DNA from: Paraphysomonas bandaiensis
Taxonomy: Eukaryota; Protista; Chrysophyceae
NCBI GenBank assembly: GCA_965644295.1
Contig: CBFFRP010000271.1
Span: forward strand, 65,262-129,261
Direction of reading: 5' to 3'
Length of the DNA: 64,000 bases
A program made the position numbers and the translations under genes. This document shows, piece after piece, positions 49,592 through 61,566 of this stretch (position 1 is its first letter; each line of letters starts with the position of its first letter). Below the pieces are notes generated by a model that did no database searches, had not been told where the DNA came from, and saw nothing but the letters and a program-made list of their open reading frames with translations.

Positions 49592-52500
49592 TTAACCTCT
49601 TCGGGGTCGCTTCTTCTGCTGCTCCTCAACTCTGGTTGACACACTTCTCTTAACCCCGGTAATAGTTTTCTCATGACGACTGAAAAGTTTCGTTGACAAT
49701 GCCTTCGTGAAAATATCAGCCGCCATATCATCCGTCGACACATGAATCAACTTTGCCGTAGGAAATTTTCCATTTACATGCTCTCTCACCCAGTGATACT
49801 TGATGTCTATATGCTTCGACCTCTTATGATACACAGGATTCTCGGAGAGATCTTTCGCACTCTTGCTATCCATAAAGAATGGAGTCGGCTTCGCAACTAA
49901 GAGCCCGAGCTCCTTGAACACCCCCCGAAGCCACACCAGTTCTTGCATAGCCGCATACTCCGCCATATATTCAGATTCCATGCTCGAAGTTGCAACTGTG
50001 GTCTGTAGTTTAGACTGCCAGGCCAATGCGCCTGCACATAAGAACACAATGTATCCTGTTGTCGATCGCCGAGTCAGTCTATCACCAGCCCAATCTGAAT
50101 CACTGAACACATGTAAGTCGAACTCACTCCCACTGAATCTGATGCCCTCATCAATTGTTCCACGCAAATATTTCAATAAGTGAATCGCCAGTTTGCACGA
50201 TGCATATGTCGGACAACTACTAAATCGAGACAATAACCCCACTGCATAAGCCAGATCAGGTCTAGTATGCATTGCTAGATACAACACTGCTCCAATAATT
50301 TGCCGATACGGAAATGAGTCAACCCACTGCTTCTGCTCCTCCGTAAGTTCACGTTCCTCTGCCAACAGATCCTGAACATTAGTAGGTAGTGGGGCCTCCT
50401 TATTCTTACTACTCTTTCCCATAACTGAGCTGAATTTCTTGATAATATTCTTAGCATACTCAGATTGATCTAACATATACCAATTTTCTCCTCTGGTTAT
50501 CCTGATGTTCAGAAATCGCTTACACACTCCCAGATCATGCATCTCGAATGTTTCACAGAACCTACGCTTTACGCTTTCCAAGTAAGTCAGATCAGCGGAT
50601 GCAATTATGATATCATCAACATATATCAATAATAAATGCAGTTTTCCGTTACTCCATCGCATATACAAACACGTATCCAAAATACACGGAGTAAAATGCA
50701 ATGATTTAATAAACTTGTCAATATGTTTATTCCACTGTCGCGGTGAAGATCGCAGTCCATACAATGCCTTGATTAGTTGAAAACACCATCCAGCTAGTAA
50801 TTCCTCATCTGGTGGAGGTGCCATATACACGTCATCCTCCAGATCTGCATAGCAAAATGCGGATGATACATCTAATTGATGCACATGCATCTGTAACATA
50901 AACGCAATCGCTAACACTAGTCTAATGGTTATACCCTTAACCACTGGAGCGAAAGTGGACGGCTCCTCCTCCTTCTTCTCTTGGAGATTTCCTAATGCCA
51001 CTAGCCGAGCCTTGTACTTTACTATATTCCCTAGTATGTCTCGCTTCACCGTATGCACATATTTCGCTCTAACTAATTTCACTCCGCTTGGAATTTTCAC
51101 GATCTTCAAGACACGTCTTTTCAGCAATGATGTCTTCTCCACCATTCGAGCTTTTCTCCATTGTTGATACTGTGGAGATCTCTCTGCCTCGGCATATGAA
51201 TTTGGTATCTTGATATCTTCTGTCTCTGCATGGTTAAGATCAATATTATGCGCATCCGGTACTTCAACCATATTAATCTCTCCTAAAACTGACGCGTTTG
51301 CCAGTCTCCGCTGCAGCCGTTTGCGTCGGACCCGACCATCACCATCTAGTTCAATCGGTCGACGAGGTATATAAGAACCCGTACCTTGCTCATCCTGAGC
51401 ACGCACATCGTGCGTTGTGGGAGGAGCCCCGCTCACAACCCCAGACTCATAGTCTTCAGAGGTCTGCAACCTCACAGCTGTCTCCTGACAGGTTGGGTCA
51501 GGACTCTCCTGTAACCCTCCAGGTCTTCCCTGGTCCAGCACCCTGGCTGGCATAGTACTCAGGGCGTCCCCCTTTCCTATATATCCGGTATTCCCGGGAG
51601 TTTCTGCAGTCATTCGCACTACGTCCTCGACGTGAATCGGCACCCGGTGCTCGATATGCTTCCGACCTGCAGTTACCAGAGATCGATAGGCTACTATTAC
51701 CCCCTTTCGTTCTACTACTCTCGTGGTCTTGTAGAGAAGACCATCCTCATCATCAATATGATATGTACCTTCTAAGCCCGCATAGTCAGACACAATTTTC
51801 GGTCTCTCGGCCTCCTTCACTCGAAGAGCATCTATCTCAGCGAAATAGCTCTCCGAGCGTGACGGTATGGACTCATCAGTTAATACATGTACCGACGTGA
51901 CGACCCTATCAGTCGCAGGTAGATATACATCATATCCTACCTTTTCATCTGAATATCCTATCAGATATCCGATAAGGGCCTTGTCGTCCCAGTCTTTCCG
52001 TCGATCCGCCTTTGTAGTGAGGACATACGCACGACACCCCCATACTCTGAGATATTTCAGGTTGGGAGCCTCACCAGTCAAAAATTCAAGAGGGGACATA
52101 TACCCCTTCGCTGTCTTTGTAGGCAATCGAATTAATATGTACCTGGCTGCCATGTAGGCATCTAGCCAAAACTGTGAAGGCAATCCTGACTGAATCAGCA
52201 TCGCTAATGTCATCTCACCACAGGTCCTGAATTTCCGCTCCTCAATCGCGTTCATCTCAGGAGAGTCCGTAGAGCTCCACGTATGTTGATAGCAACCCTG
52301 TGACCTAAGATATTGTCGCAGCTCATCACATATTAGCTCCCCTGCTCCATCTGCATGGTAATGATGCATTTCTAATTTGTACCTTTTCACATCTCCTTCA
52401 AAAATCTTCTTGAAAACCTGCAGTACCGATGACCCAGTCCTATGAACAAGCCCTTCCGACCAGAACATCCGACTGGCATGGTGTGTTAGTTTGAGCACAT

Positions 52501-54304
52501 ATATTTCCCCTCCTCGAGCTGGACAATTTAAGTATACTGCTATATCGGCCGAGAAATTTGGACGAACGGAGTCCTCATCCTTTGTCCGAAAACTTACTCT
52601 GGTGATCTTCGCCCTGGCGCATACATCACATAGACACTGTTCTTTGGAAACACGTTTCGAGAGATGTTTTCGTTTCAGTCCAGTCCCAATAATTAGCATT
52701 CTTTTGTGGGCTTCTACCAACGCATGCTTGTTAAAATGACCCGCTCTCCTATGTAACAGCTCCAGTTCATCCTCACCCGTACGGTCACTGAGATTTACTT
52801 CTGAATCACTGGATGTCGATACGTCTGGAAGCTCCAATAACTGCTGTGTTGGCACAGCAGTCATTCCATTCTTCATAGGTCCCTCCAACACCAGCTCATC
52901 CGTATTTCTGTCATATATCTGTATACCATACCATACAGTAAATCGATATCCCATATCGTTCAACTTCCGTCCAGAACAAAGACACCGATTTATCTGACTT
53001 GATACCTCAATGTTCTTCCATGCTCCACGGGAACCTACACTCGTGACGCATATCTCTGACCCTTTTTTCGAACCATTAATAACCTTTGATGTGTGCATAT
53101 GACTATCAAGTATATTCACATCATTTATCAAAAACATTGATGACGAACAACAGGTATCAATGTATGTATAGTGAATATCCTCATGCACACTACTGCATAT
53201 ATTCGTCTCATACACATTACATGACAAGTGATACTCTTCCTGTTGCTCGATCATATTTGCTTCGTCTTCGTCAGACAAATCCGCTGGCTCTCCACGCCTG
53301 ATGTTTTCAACTGTAAGTAGTCTTTTGTCTGGTTTCCTTCCATCTTGAAACCTCACAGCCTTGCTCTTGCTTTGCGAGTACTTCTTTTTCGATGCTGGAC
53401 AATCGATGGCAAGATGTTCCTTTGACTTACAATTTCTGCACCCAGTATATTCGGCACTTCCAGGTCGCTGCCCTGTAATCTCTGTATCCTTCTTCATCGG
53501 CTTCTTCTTACCGTTGTTCTTCTTACGATGATCCCTCTCTCTGCGATATCGTTTCTTACTGTCTATCAGGTTCAGCTCCTCCACTCTTTTACGCTTCTTC
53601 TCCAACGCTTCCTTCCCAGCCATAGTATCATCATAGCCTTCTATCTTACGTGATACAGTTACATAATTAACATCATCATCCATCAAGTATAATCCAACTC
53701 TCAGTTGAGCATACTCTTCATTGAGCAAGCCTTCTCGTAGTCGACTTGTTTTTGATACCTCCGAGATATCCTGCTGCTGCTCCTGTAGTTCCTTCAGCAG
53801 TAGTTCGAACCGTAGTACGTAGTCCTTCGCCGTCTCCTCCGGACGCATACGGAAAGAACCATATTGAGTTAAGAGGTCACTGATCCTATTTTGCTTCCCT
53901 CCAGCAAAACACTTCTTCAACTCATCAATCATTACATGTGTTTTGAACCTGTTTACACCACTCCCTTCTGCCTTGAACGCTTTGTGGGTAAGATGGAATT
54001 TACGCAGCGCTTTCGGGGAATGCTGCACCGCATCCCTGCAGTAAGAATAAGCTATGGCGTTCGCCTTCCAATACCTCTTCACAGCCTGTCTGTACGCCTT
54101 CTCCTCCATCAACGTAAGTGGCTGCTCCCCGAAGTCGCTCTCCTTAGGTGGCAGTTCCACCGCTACCTCGCTTTGTTCCTTCCTCATAAGGAATGTCTCG
54201 AAGTCCTCAATCCATTGTTCAACGTTAGTCTCGTTGAACTGAGGAACTACTCCTCTATCCTCCTTCTCTCCTCCTCGCTCGCTACCATGTTGGGAAATGC
54301 TCAT
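49592..54304 (-). CDS. Copia Gag-Pol polyprotein (Gag, Zn knuckle, PR, IN, RT, RNase H)
   Basis: CRNC...H...C knuckle; YIDTCCS protease; H...H...CDVC and D/D/E integrase; KARLVALG, QLDV, KALYGL and YVDD RT; DSDWAGD and ADIFTK RNase H. Order is IN before RT. Confidence 0.97.
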   Translation of the reverse strand: MSISQHGSERGGEKEDRGVVPQFNETNVEQWIEDFETFLMRKEQSEVAVELPPKESDFGEQPLTLMEEKAYRQAVKRYWKANAIAYSYCRDAVQHSPKALRKFHLTHKAFKAEGSGVNRFKTHVMIDELKKCFAGGKQNRISDLLTQYGSFRMRPEETAKDYVLRFELLLKELQEQQQDISEVSKTSRLREGLLNEEYAQLRVGLYLMDDDVNYVTVSRKIEGYDDTMAGKEALEKKRKRVEELNLIDSKKRYRRERDHRKKNNGKKKPMKKDTEITGQRPGSAEYTGCRNCKSKEHLAIDCPASKKKYSQSKSKAVRFQDGRKPDKRLLTVENIRRGEPADLSDEDEANMIEQQEEYHLSCNVYETNICSSVHEDIHYTYIDTCCSSSMFLINDVNILDSHMHTSKVINGSKKGSEICVTSVGSRGAWKNIEVSSQINRCLCSGRKLNDMGYRFTVWYGIQIYDRNTDELVLEGPMKNGMTAVPTQQLLELPDVSTSSDSEVNLSDRTGEDELELLHRRAGHFNKHALVEAHKRMLIIGTGLKRKHLSKRVSKEQCLCDVCARAKITRVSFRTKDEDSVRPNFSADIAVYLNCPARGGEIYVLKLTHHASRMFWSEGLVHRTGSSVLQVFKKIFEGDVKRYKLEMHHYHADGAGELICDELRQYLRSQGCYQHTWSSTDSPEMNAIEERKFRTCGEMTLAMLIQSGLPSQFWLDAYMAARYILIRLPTKTAKGYMSPLEFLTGEAPNLKYLRVWGCRAYVLTTKADRRKDWDDKALIGYLIGYSDEKVGYDVYLPATDRVVTSVHVLTDESIPSRSESYFAEIDALRVKEAERPKIVSDYAGLEGTYHIDDEDGLLYKTTRVVERKGVIVAYRSLVTAGRKHIEHRVPIHVEDVVRMTAETPGNTGYIGKGDALSTMPARVLDQGRPGGLQESPDPTCQETAVRLQTSEDYESGVVSGAPPTTHDVRAQDEQGTGSYIPRRPIELDGDGRVRRKRLQRRLANASVLGEINMVEVPDAHNIDLNHAETEDIKIPNSYAEAERSPQYQQWRKARMVEKTSLLKRRVLKIVKIPSGVKLVRAKYVHTVKRDILGNIVKYKARLVALGNLQEKKEEEPSTFAPVVKGITIRLVLAIAFMLQMHVHQLDVSSAFCYADLEDDVYMAPPPDEELLAGWCFQLIKALYGLRSSPRQWNKHIDKFIKSLHFTPCILDTCLYMRWSNGKLHLLLIYVDDIIIASADLTYLESVKRRFCETFEMHDLGVCKRFLNIRITRGENWYMLDQSEYAKNIIKKFSSVMGKSSKNKEAPLPTNVQDLLAEERELTEEQKQWVDSFPYRQIIGAVLYLAMHTRPDLAYAVGLLSRFSSCPTYASCKLAIHLLKYLRGTIDEGIRFSGSEFDLHVFSDSDWAGDRLTRRSTTGYIVFLCAGALAWQSKLQTTVATSSMESEYMAEYAAMQELVWLRGVFKELGLLVAKPTPFFMDSKSAKDLSENPVYHKRSKHIDIKYHWVREHVNGKFPTAKLIHVSTDDMAADIFTKALSTKLFSRHEKTITGVKRSVSTRVEEQQKKRPRRG
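54277..54287 (-). promoter_or_regulatory. Primer binding site, probably initiator tRNA-Met
   Basis: TGGTAGCGAGC follows the LTR directly. It is complementary to a tRNA 3' end GCUCGCU-A-CCA, whose U72 implies the A1:U72 pair typical of eukaryotic tRNAiMet. Confidence 0.75.
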
Positions 54305-54580
54305 TTTACTTAGATCAAAGAGAGATTAAGTTGTTAGACTAGATAGATTTATTAATATCGTTTACACAAATTGTGTTAAACAACACAAGCTCGTTTTGTG
54401 CCATGCATAAATCACTACTTCTGTAGACCTTTCGCTACTAAACATATCTTGAAAGAGCAAACTATTTCAGTTTTCTCAATATCATAACAGCATCTACACA
54501 TCACCATACTTCACTGTATTCTCGTACATTGTCTTCAAGTACCACATTGAATATACTAGGATACAGTCCATATTCTAATA
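54288..54580 (-). repeat. Copia 5' LTR
   Basis: TATTAGAA...TTCCCAACA on the minus strand, followed by the PBS. Confidence 0.95.
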
Positions 54581-55863
54581 CCCATTCAGCCACTATGCTA
54601 ACCAGATCCCGGACTGCATAACTTATCTTGCTATGAGGTTTCATACACTCAAAGAAGAAAAGCTATATAGCATTGCTTGCTTCTTTTATACTATTCTGTT
54701 TTATTAGTGTGTGTACATTTCACGATATTCTACGGATAATCAATATAGTTGGCATTCCCAACATTAAAGAGGGAAATGGATATGGCATATGGCAGAGCTA
54801 CATAATGCATACACAAACAGATTATGACACAACAATGTATAAGAAACACTGATATAATTCAAACCGTGTAGGATATTAAATGGAATAAACTGTCAATTCC
54901 ACAATAACATAACATAATATAACCTACCACAGTTGTTGAATGACTAATATGGCATTCATCAGAATCTACACGCAATTAGTCCATTTGCTTTTGTATGACT
55001 AAGTATAAACATATTAAAGTTGAAGTGCATATATAATCATATGTAATTCCACTCGCGTAAGCGATGGGTTGTCAAGCTAACCAAGACTCCTCCATACACA
55101 ACAACTCCTGTTTCTCCTCTTGTATGTACTCAACCGCTCAGCGACACACGAATCACAAGAGTTCTAATCGCAAGTCGATATTTAATTTACAATGGTAGAG
55201 GTTTCAGAGTCAACACGAGGAGTGAGGGTACTCAGCTGGCTTGTTGTAAGCACTGCATATGCAGTCGCCGTTGTTCTTCGTCCATAAACAAACTCAATAA
55301 CATGTCATCCTTCGAGATTGAATTCCACACAACACACTATCACCAATATTAGCTCACCCTGAAGCTACTTTAAGAATGGTGTATGGCCTTATGGGCATAT
55401 TCAATGCACTTCACTGAGGCTCCGACAGATATCACTGATATGAAAATTTCACTGAAAAAGTCTCGGATTCTGCTGTGAAAATATAAGCCCAACCTGACCA
55501 AGAGACACGAGGTCATAACCAACAAATATAATGTGCAAAATACTTACTTTGCTTCCAGCGACATTCACTGCTGCTGATAAGTGTGCTGTGATCTGTGTCG
55601 GAACTATCTCTCAAACAGCACACAGTCTGTGCAGCAGCCGTACCAGAACTCTATACACAGCAGTCTATACCTACAGCCTACAGCGCAGTGTGGGCCAACG
55701 GAATACTGCTGTGTACAATGTATACTACGGTCGTACAGCCGGCAGATTCTCGCCATGAAGATATTTTTTTGAAGAATATGCGGACATTTCTGATTTTGTC
55801 TGCAAATCCAAATCATCCGTCCATTCCATACATAACTCTTCTCCACAAACACAACTCAAAGCA

Positions 55864-56634
55864 ATGGGAAACTCTTCATCATCAACTACATGTGGCAATA
55901 CTACGCCAGCCAGAAAAACTCCCGCAACTACTACTGTGACAGGAACCACTGGGATAACTGCCCTAGGCGTGGCATCTGATTCACGAATTGCCGTGGCAGC
56001 TCAAAGTATGGCTCAGTTCCTCCATTCAACGATGACTAGAATAGACCGCTGTACTGTGGTGGGGTTTCATACTCAATACAAGCCTCTTGTCTCCCTGCAA
56101 TCGGAGGATATGGCATTGATGGGCCTTGCTGCATGCTGCAGAATGACCAACGACAAAGAGAGCGGTGGTACTCATCTTTGGGACTCTATTGTGGTCTCAG
56201 TCTTGCAACACATCACTACTGCAGACCGATCACGACCGTGGGTGCTGGTGATTTTAACTGACGGTGGTGACAACGGCAGCAAGCAGACTTTGAAAGATGC
56301 CGCCCAGATCCTACAGAGATTCAACGCACCATCTAATAACTTCTGTTTCGTCATTGGGCTCGGATCAGCCTGTCAAGAAACACAGCTAAAGTCACTCTGC
56401 TCTCAAAGTGGGTCTATGTACCTGCCCGCTCGAGATGCAGGTGCCCTGCATATGATCATGCCTCTCATCGCCCTGCAGGTGGTTCAGGGAGTCTCCATTG
56501 ATGTCGGGCAAATCAGCCGCGCAGGAGGTGCTCAGGCGGCGTATGCCCGTGTCCGTGAGACTGTGGGACTGAGACAGAACCCGGTGGACTTTCTGTTCCT
56601 ACTGGATGCTTCTGGATCTATGCGCTCGAAGTGA
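55864..56634 (+). CDS. Circularly permuted vWA protein, array copy B
   Basis: Intact 256-aa ORF, protein identical to copy A. Confidence 0.88.
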   Translation: MGNSSSSTTCGNTTPARKTPATTTVTGTTGITALGVASDSRIAVAAQSMAQFLHSTMTRIDRCTVVGFHTQYKPLVSLQSEDMALMGLAACCRMTNDKESGGTHLWDSIVVSVLQHITTADRSRPWVLVILTDGGDNGSKQTLKDAAQILQRFNAPSNNFCFVIGLGSACQETQLKSLCSQSGSMYLPARDAGALHMIMPLIALQVVQGVSIDVGQISRAGGAQAAYARVRETVGLRQNPVDFLFLLDASGSMRSK

Positions 56635-58332
56635 GACATCGAACCCAACCATTACCGCCTTTTTGGATACTACGATATTGTGATCTTATTATTGTACAGA
56701 ATTATATATTTATTTGACAAATCGATCTAAACACAGACAATTATCTCTGTGTTGCATATGGCTGAATTCTGAATTACAAGAATATTTTAATATCATTCAC
56801 CATTTACCATGTATGCCAAGTAAACTCAATTATTAATTAATTAATTTTTTTTCATTTCATGTAGCGATATATTTCTGTTCATACATTCTATGGTATATAG
56901 TACATAGATGAAACATATGGATGGATATAGCACTAGCACAATATACTACAATAAAGCATTACATAGTAGAAATAAGTATTTACTGGGTTATCACACTCCG
57001 AGGAACGTTACATTCACCCTTCGTGAGTGGAGACGTGGATACCATCCCCATTCAGCCACTATGCTAACCAGATCCCGGACTGCATAACTTACCTTGCTAT
57101 GAGGTTTCATACACTCAAAGAAGAAAAGCTATATAGCATTGCTTGCTTCTTTTATACTATTCTGTTTTATTAGTGTGTGTACATTTCACGATATTCTACG
57201 GATAATCAATATAGTTGGCATTCCCAACATTAAAGAGGGAAATGGATATGGCATATGGCAGAGCTACATAATGCATACACAAACAGATTATGACACAACA
57301 ATGTATAAGAAACACTGATATAATTCAAACCGTGTAGGATATTAAATGGAATAAACTGTCAATTCCACAATAACATAACATAATATAACCTACCACAGTT
57401 GTTGAATGACTAATATGGCATTCATCAGAATCTACACGCAATTAGTCCATTTGCTTTTGTATGACTAAGTATAAACATATTAAAGTTGAAGTGCATATAT
57501 AATCATATGTAATTCCACTCGCGTAAGCGATGGGTTGTCAAGCTAACCAAGACTCCTCCATACACAACAACTCCTGTTTCTCCTCTTGTATGTACTCAAC
57601 CGCTCAGCGACACACGAATCACAAGAGTTCTAATCGCAAGTCGATATTTAATTTACAATGGTAGAGGTTTCAGAGTCAACACGAGGAGTGAGGGTACTCA
57701 GCTGGCTTGTTGTAAGCACTGCATATGCAGTCGCCGTTGTTCTTCGTCCATAAACAAACTCAATAACATGTCATCCTTCGAGATTGAATTCCACACAACA
57801 CACTATCACCAATATTAGCTCACCCTGAAGCTACTTTAAGAATGGTGTATGGCCTTATGGGCATATTCAATGCACTTCACTGAGGCTCCGACAGATATCA
57901 CTGATATGAAAATTTCACTGAAAAAGTCTCGGATTCTGCTGTGAAAATATAAGCCCAACCTGACCAAGAGACACGAGGTCATAACCAACAAATATAATGT
58001 GCAAAATACTTACTTTGCTTCCAGCGACATTCACTGCTGCTGATAAGTGTGCTGTGATCTGTGTCGGAACTATCTCTCAAACAGCACACAGTCTGTGCAG
58101 CAGTAGCCGTACCAGAACTCTATACACAGCAGTCTATACCTACAGCCTACAGCGCAGTGTGGGCCAACGGAATACTGCTGTGTACAATGTATACTACGGT
58201 CGTACAGCCGGCAGATTCTCGCCATGAAGATATTTTTTTGAAGAATATGCGGACATTTCTGATTTTGTCTGCAAATCCAAATCATCCGTCCATTCCATAC
58301 ATAACTCTTCTCCACAAACACAACTCAAAGCA

Positions 58333-59103
58333 ATGGGAAACTCTTCATCATCAACTACATGTGGCAATACTACGCCAGCCAGAAAAACTCCCGCAACTAC
58401 TACTGTGACAGGAACCACTGGGATAACTGCCCTAGGCGTGGCATCTGATTCACGAATTGCCGTGGCAGCTCAAAGTATGGCTCAGTTCCTCCATTCAACG
58501 ATGACTAGAATAGACCGCTGTACTGTGGTGGGGTTTCATACTCAATACAAGCCTCTTGTCTCCCTGCAATCGGAGGATATGGCATTGATGGGCCTTGCTG
58601 CATGCTGCAGAATGACCAACGACAAAGAGAGCGGTGGTACTCATCTTTGGGACTCTATTGTGGTCTCAGTCTTGCAACACATCACTACTGCAGACCGATC
58701 ACGACCGTGGGTGCTGGTGATTTTAACTGACGGTGGTGACAACGGCAGCAAGCAGACTTTGAAAGATGCCGCCCAGATCCTACAGAGATTCAACGCACCA
58801 TCTAATAACTTCTGTTTCGTCATTGGGCTCGGATCAGCCTGTCAAGAAACACAGCTAAAGTCACTCTGCTCTCAAAGTGGGTCTATGTACCTGCCCGCTC
58901 GAGATGCAGGTGCCCTGCATATGATCATGCCTCTCATCGCCCTGCAGGTGGTTCAGGGAGTCTCCATTGATGTCGGGCAAATCAGCCGCGCAGGAGGTGC
59001 TCAGGCGGCGTATGCCCGTGTCCGTGAGACTGTGGGACTGAGACAGAACCCGGTGGACTTTCTGTTCCTACTGGATGCTTCTGGATCTATGCGCTCGAAG
59101 TGA
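58333..59103 (+). CDS. Circularly permuted vWA protein, array copy C
   Basis: Intact 256-aa ORF, protein identical to copy A. Confidence 0.88.
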   Translation: MGNSSSSTTCGNTTPARKTPATTTVTGTTGITALGVASDSRIAVAAQSMAQFLHSTMTRIDRCTVVGFHTQYKPLVSLQSEDMALMGLAACCRMTNDKESGGTHLWDSIVVSVLQHITTADRSRPWVLVILTDGGDNGSKQTLKDAAQILQRFNAPSNNFCFVIGLGSACQETQLKSLCSQSGSMYLPARDAGALHMIMPLIALQVVQGVSIDVGQISRAGGAQAAYARVRETVGLRQNPVDFLFLLDASGSMRSK

Positions 59104-60795
59104 GACATCGAACCCAACCATTATCGCCTTTTTGGATACTACAATATTGTGATCTTATTATTGCGCAGAATTATATATATCTATTTGACAAAACGATCTA
59201 AACACAGACAATTATCTCTGTGTTGCATATGGCTGAATTCTGAATTACAAGAATATTTTAATATCATTCACCATTTACCATGTATGCCAAGTAAACTCAA
59301 TTATTAATTAATTTTTTTTCATTTCATGTAGCGATATATTTCTGTTCATACATTCTATGGTATATAGTACATAGATGAAACATATGGATGGATATAGCAC
59401 TAGCACAATATACTACAATAAAGCATTACATAGTAGAAATAAGTATTTACTGGGTTATCACGCTCCAAGGAACATTACATTCACCCTTCGTGAGTGGAGA
59501 CGTGGATACCATCCCCATTCAGCCACTATGCTAACCAGATCCCGGACTGCATAACTTATCTTGCTATGAGGTTTCATACACTCAAAGAAGAAAAGCTATA
59601 TAGCATTGCTTGCTTCTTTTATACTATTCTGTTTTATTAGTGTGTGTACATTTCACGATATTCTACGGATAATCAATATAGTTGGCATTCCCAACATTAA
59701 AGAGGGAAATGGATATGGCATATGGCAGAGCTACATAATGCATACACAAACAGATTATGACACAACAATGTATAAGAAACACTGATATAATTCAAACCGT
59801 GTAGGATATTAAATGGAATAAACTGTCAATTCCACAATAACATAACATAATATAACCTACCACAGTTGTTGAATGACTAATATGGCATTCATCAGAATCT
59901 ACACGCAATTAGTCCATTTGCTTTTGTATGACTAAGTATAAACATATTAAAGTTGAAGTGCATATATAATCATATGTAATTCCACTCGCGTAAGCGATGG
60001 GTTGTCAAGCTAACCAAGACTCCTCCATACACAACAACTCCTGTTTCTCCTCTTGTATGTACTCAACCGCTCAGCGACACACGAATCACAAGAGTTCTAA
60101 TCGCAAGTCGATATTTAATTTACAATGGTAGAGGTTTCAGAGTCAACACGAGGAGTGAGGGTACTCAGCTGGCTTGTTGTAAGCACTGCATATGCAGTCG
60201 CCGTTGTTCTTCGTCCATAAACAAACTCAATAACATGTCATCCTTCGAGATTGAATTCCACACAACACACTATCACCAATATTAGCTCACCCTGAAGCTA
60301 CTTTAAGAATGGTGTATGGCCTTATGGGCATATTCAATGCACTTCACTGAGGCTCCGACAGATATCACTGATATGAAAATTTCACTGAAAAAGTCTCGGA
60401 TTCTGCTGTGAAAATATAAGCCCAACCTGACCAAGAGACACGAGGTCATAACCAACAAATATAATGTGCAAAATACTTACTTTGCTTCCAGCGACATTCA
60501 CTGCTGCTGATAAGTGTGCTGTGATCTGTGTCGGAACTATCTCTCAAACAGCACACAGTCTGTGCAGTAGCCGTACCAGAACTCTATACACAGCAGTCTA
60601 TACCTACAGCCTACAGCGCAGTGTGGGCCAACGGAATACTGCTGTGTACAATGTATACTACGGTCGTACAGCCGGCAGATTCTCGCCATGAAGATATTTT
60701 TTGAAGAATATGCGGACATTTCTGATTTTGTCTGCAAATCCAAATCATCCGTCCATTCCATACATAACTCTTCTCCACAAACACAACTCAAAGCA

Positions 60796-61566
60796 ATGGG
60801 AAACTCTTCATCATCAACTACATGTGGCAATACTACGCCAGCCAGAAAAACTCCCGCAACTACTACTGTGACAGGAACCACTGGGATAACTGCCCTAGGC
60901 GTGGCATCTGATTCACGAATTGCCGTGGCAGCTCAAAGTATGGCTCAGTTCCTCCATTCAACGATGACTAGAATAGACCGCTGTACTGTGGTGGGGTTCC
61001 ATACTCAATACAAGCCTCTTGTCTCCCTGCAATCGGAGGATATGGCATTGATGGGCCTTGCTGCATGCTGCAGAATGACCAACGACAAAGAGAGCGGTGG
61101 TACTCATCTTTGGGACTCTATTGTGGTCTCAGTCTTGCAACACATCACTACTGCAGACCGATCACGACCGTGGGTGCTGGTGATTTTAACTGACGGTGGT
61201 GACAACGGCAGCAAGCAGACTTTGAAAGATGCCGCCCAGATCCTACAGAGATTCAACGCACCATCTAATAACTTCTGTTTCGTCATTGGGCTCGGATCAG
61301 CCTGTCAAGAAACACAGCTAAAGTCACTCTGCTCTCAAAGTGGGTCTATGTACCTGCCCGCTCGAGATGCAGGTGCCCTGCATATGATCATGCCTCTCAT
61401 CGCCCTGCAGGTGGTTCAGGGAGTCTCCATTGATGTCGGGCAAATCAGCCGCGCAGGAGGTGCTCAGGCGGCGTATGCCCGTGTCCGTGAGACTGTGGGA
61501 CTGAGACAGAACCCGGTGGACTTTCTGTTCCTACTGGATGCTTCTGGATCTATGCGCTCGAAGTGA
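60796..61566 (+). CDS. Circularly permuted vWA protein, array copy D
   Basis: Intact from the MGNSSS ATG at 60796. The longer 60688 start in the ORF track comes from a T6 instead of T7 run. Confidence 0.85.
   Translation: MGNSSSSTTCGNTTPARKTPATTTVTGTTGITALGVASDSRIAVAAQSMAQFLHSTMTRIDRCTVVGFHTQYKPLVSLQSEDMALMGLAACCRMTNDKESGGTHLWDSIVVSVLQHITTADRSRPWVLVILTDGGDNGSKQTLKDAAQILQRFNAPSNNFCFVIGLGSACQETQLKSLCSQSGSMYLPARDAGALHMIMPLIALQVVQGVSIDVGQISRAGGAQAAYARVRETVGLRQNPVDFLFLLDASGSMRSK

Larger units (their letters stand above)
49126..54580 (-). mobile_element. Intact Ty1/copia LTR retrotransposon (5455 bp)
   Basis: 293-bp LTRs at 49126-49418 and 54288-54580, apparently identical. 5-bp TSD CCCAT. PBS TGGTAGCGAGC and PPT GAGTGGGAG. 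The empty site appears in other array units. Confidence 0.97.

Noticed and set aside
49863-54313. Plus-strand ORFs within the copia element
   Set aside because: Antisense shadows of the Gag-Pol ORF.
60688-60795. 36-aa N-terminal extension in copy D, and the idea of a +1 frameshift at the uORF ATG AAG ATA TTT TTT TGA in other copies
   Set aside because: It is caused by T6 versus T7 in a homopolymer, probably a sequencing error. The upstream ATG likely lies 5' of the TSS, and an extension would abolish the myristoylation motif.
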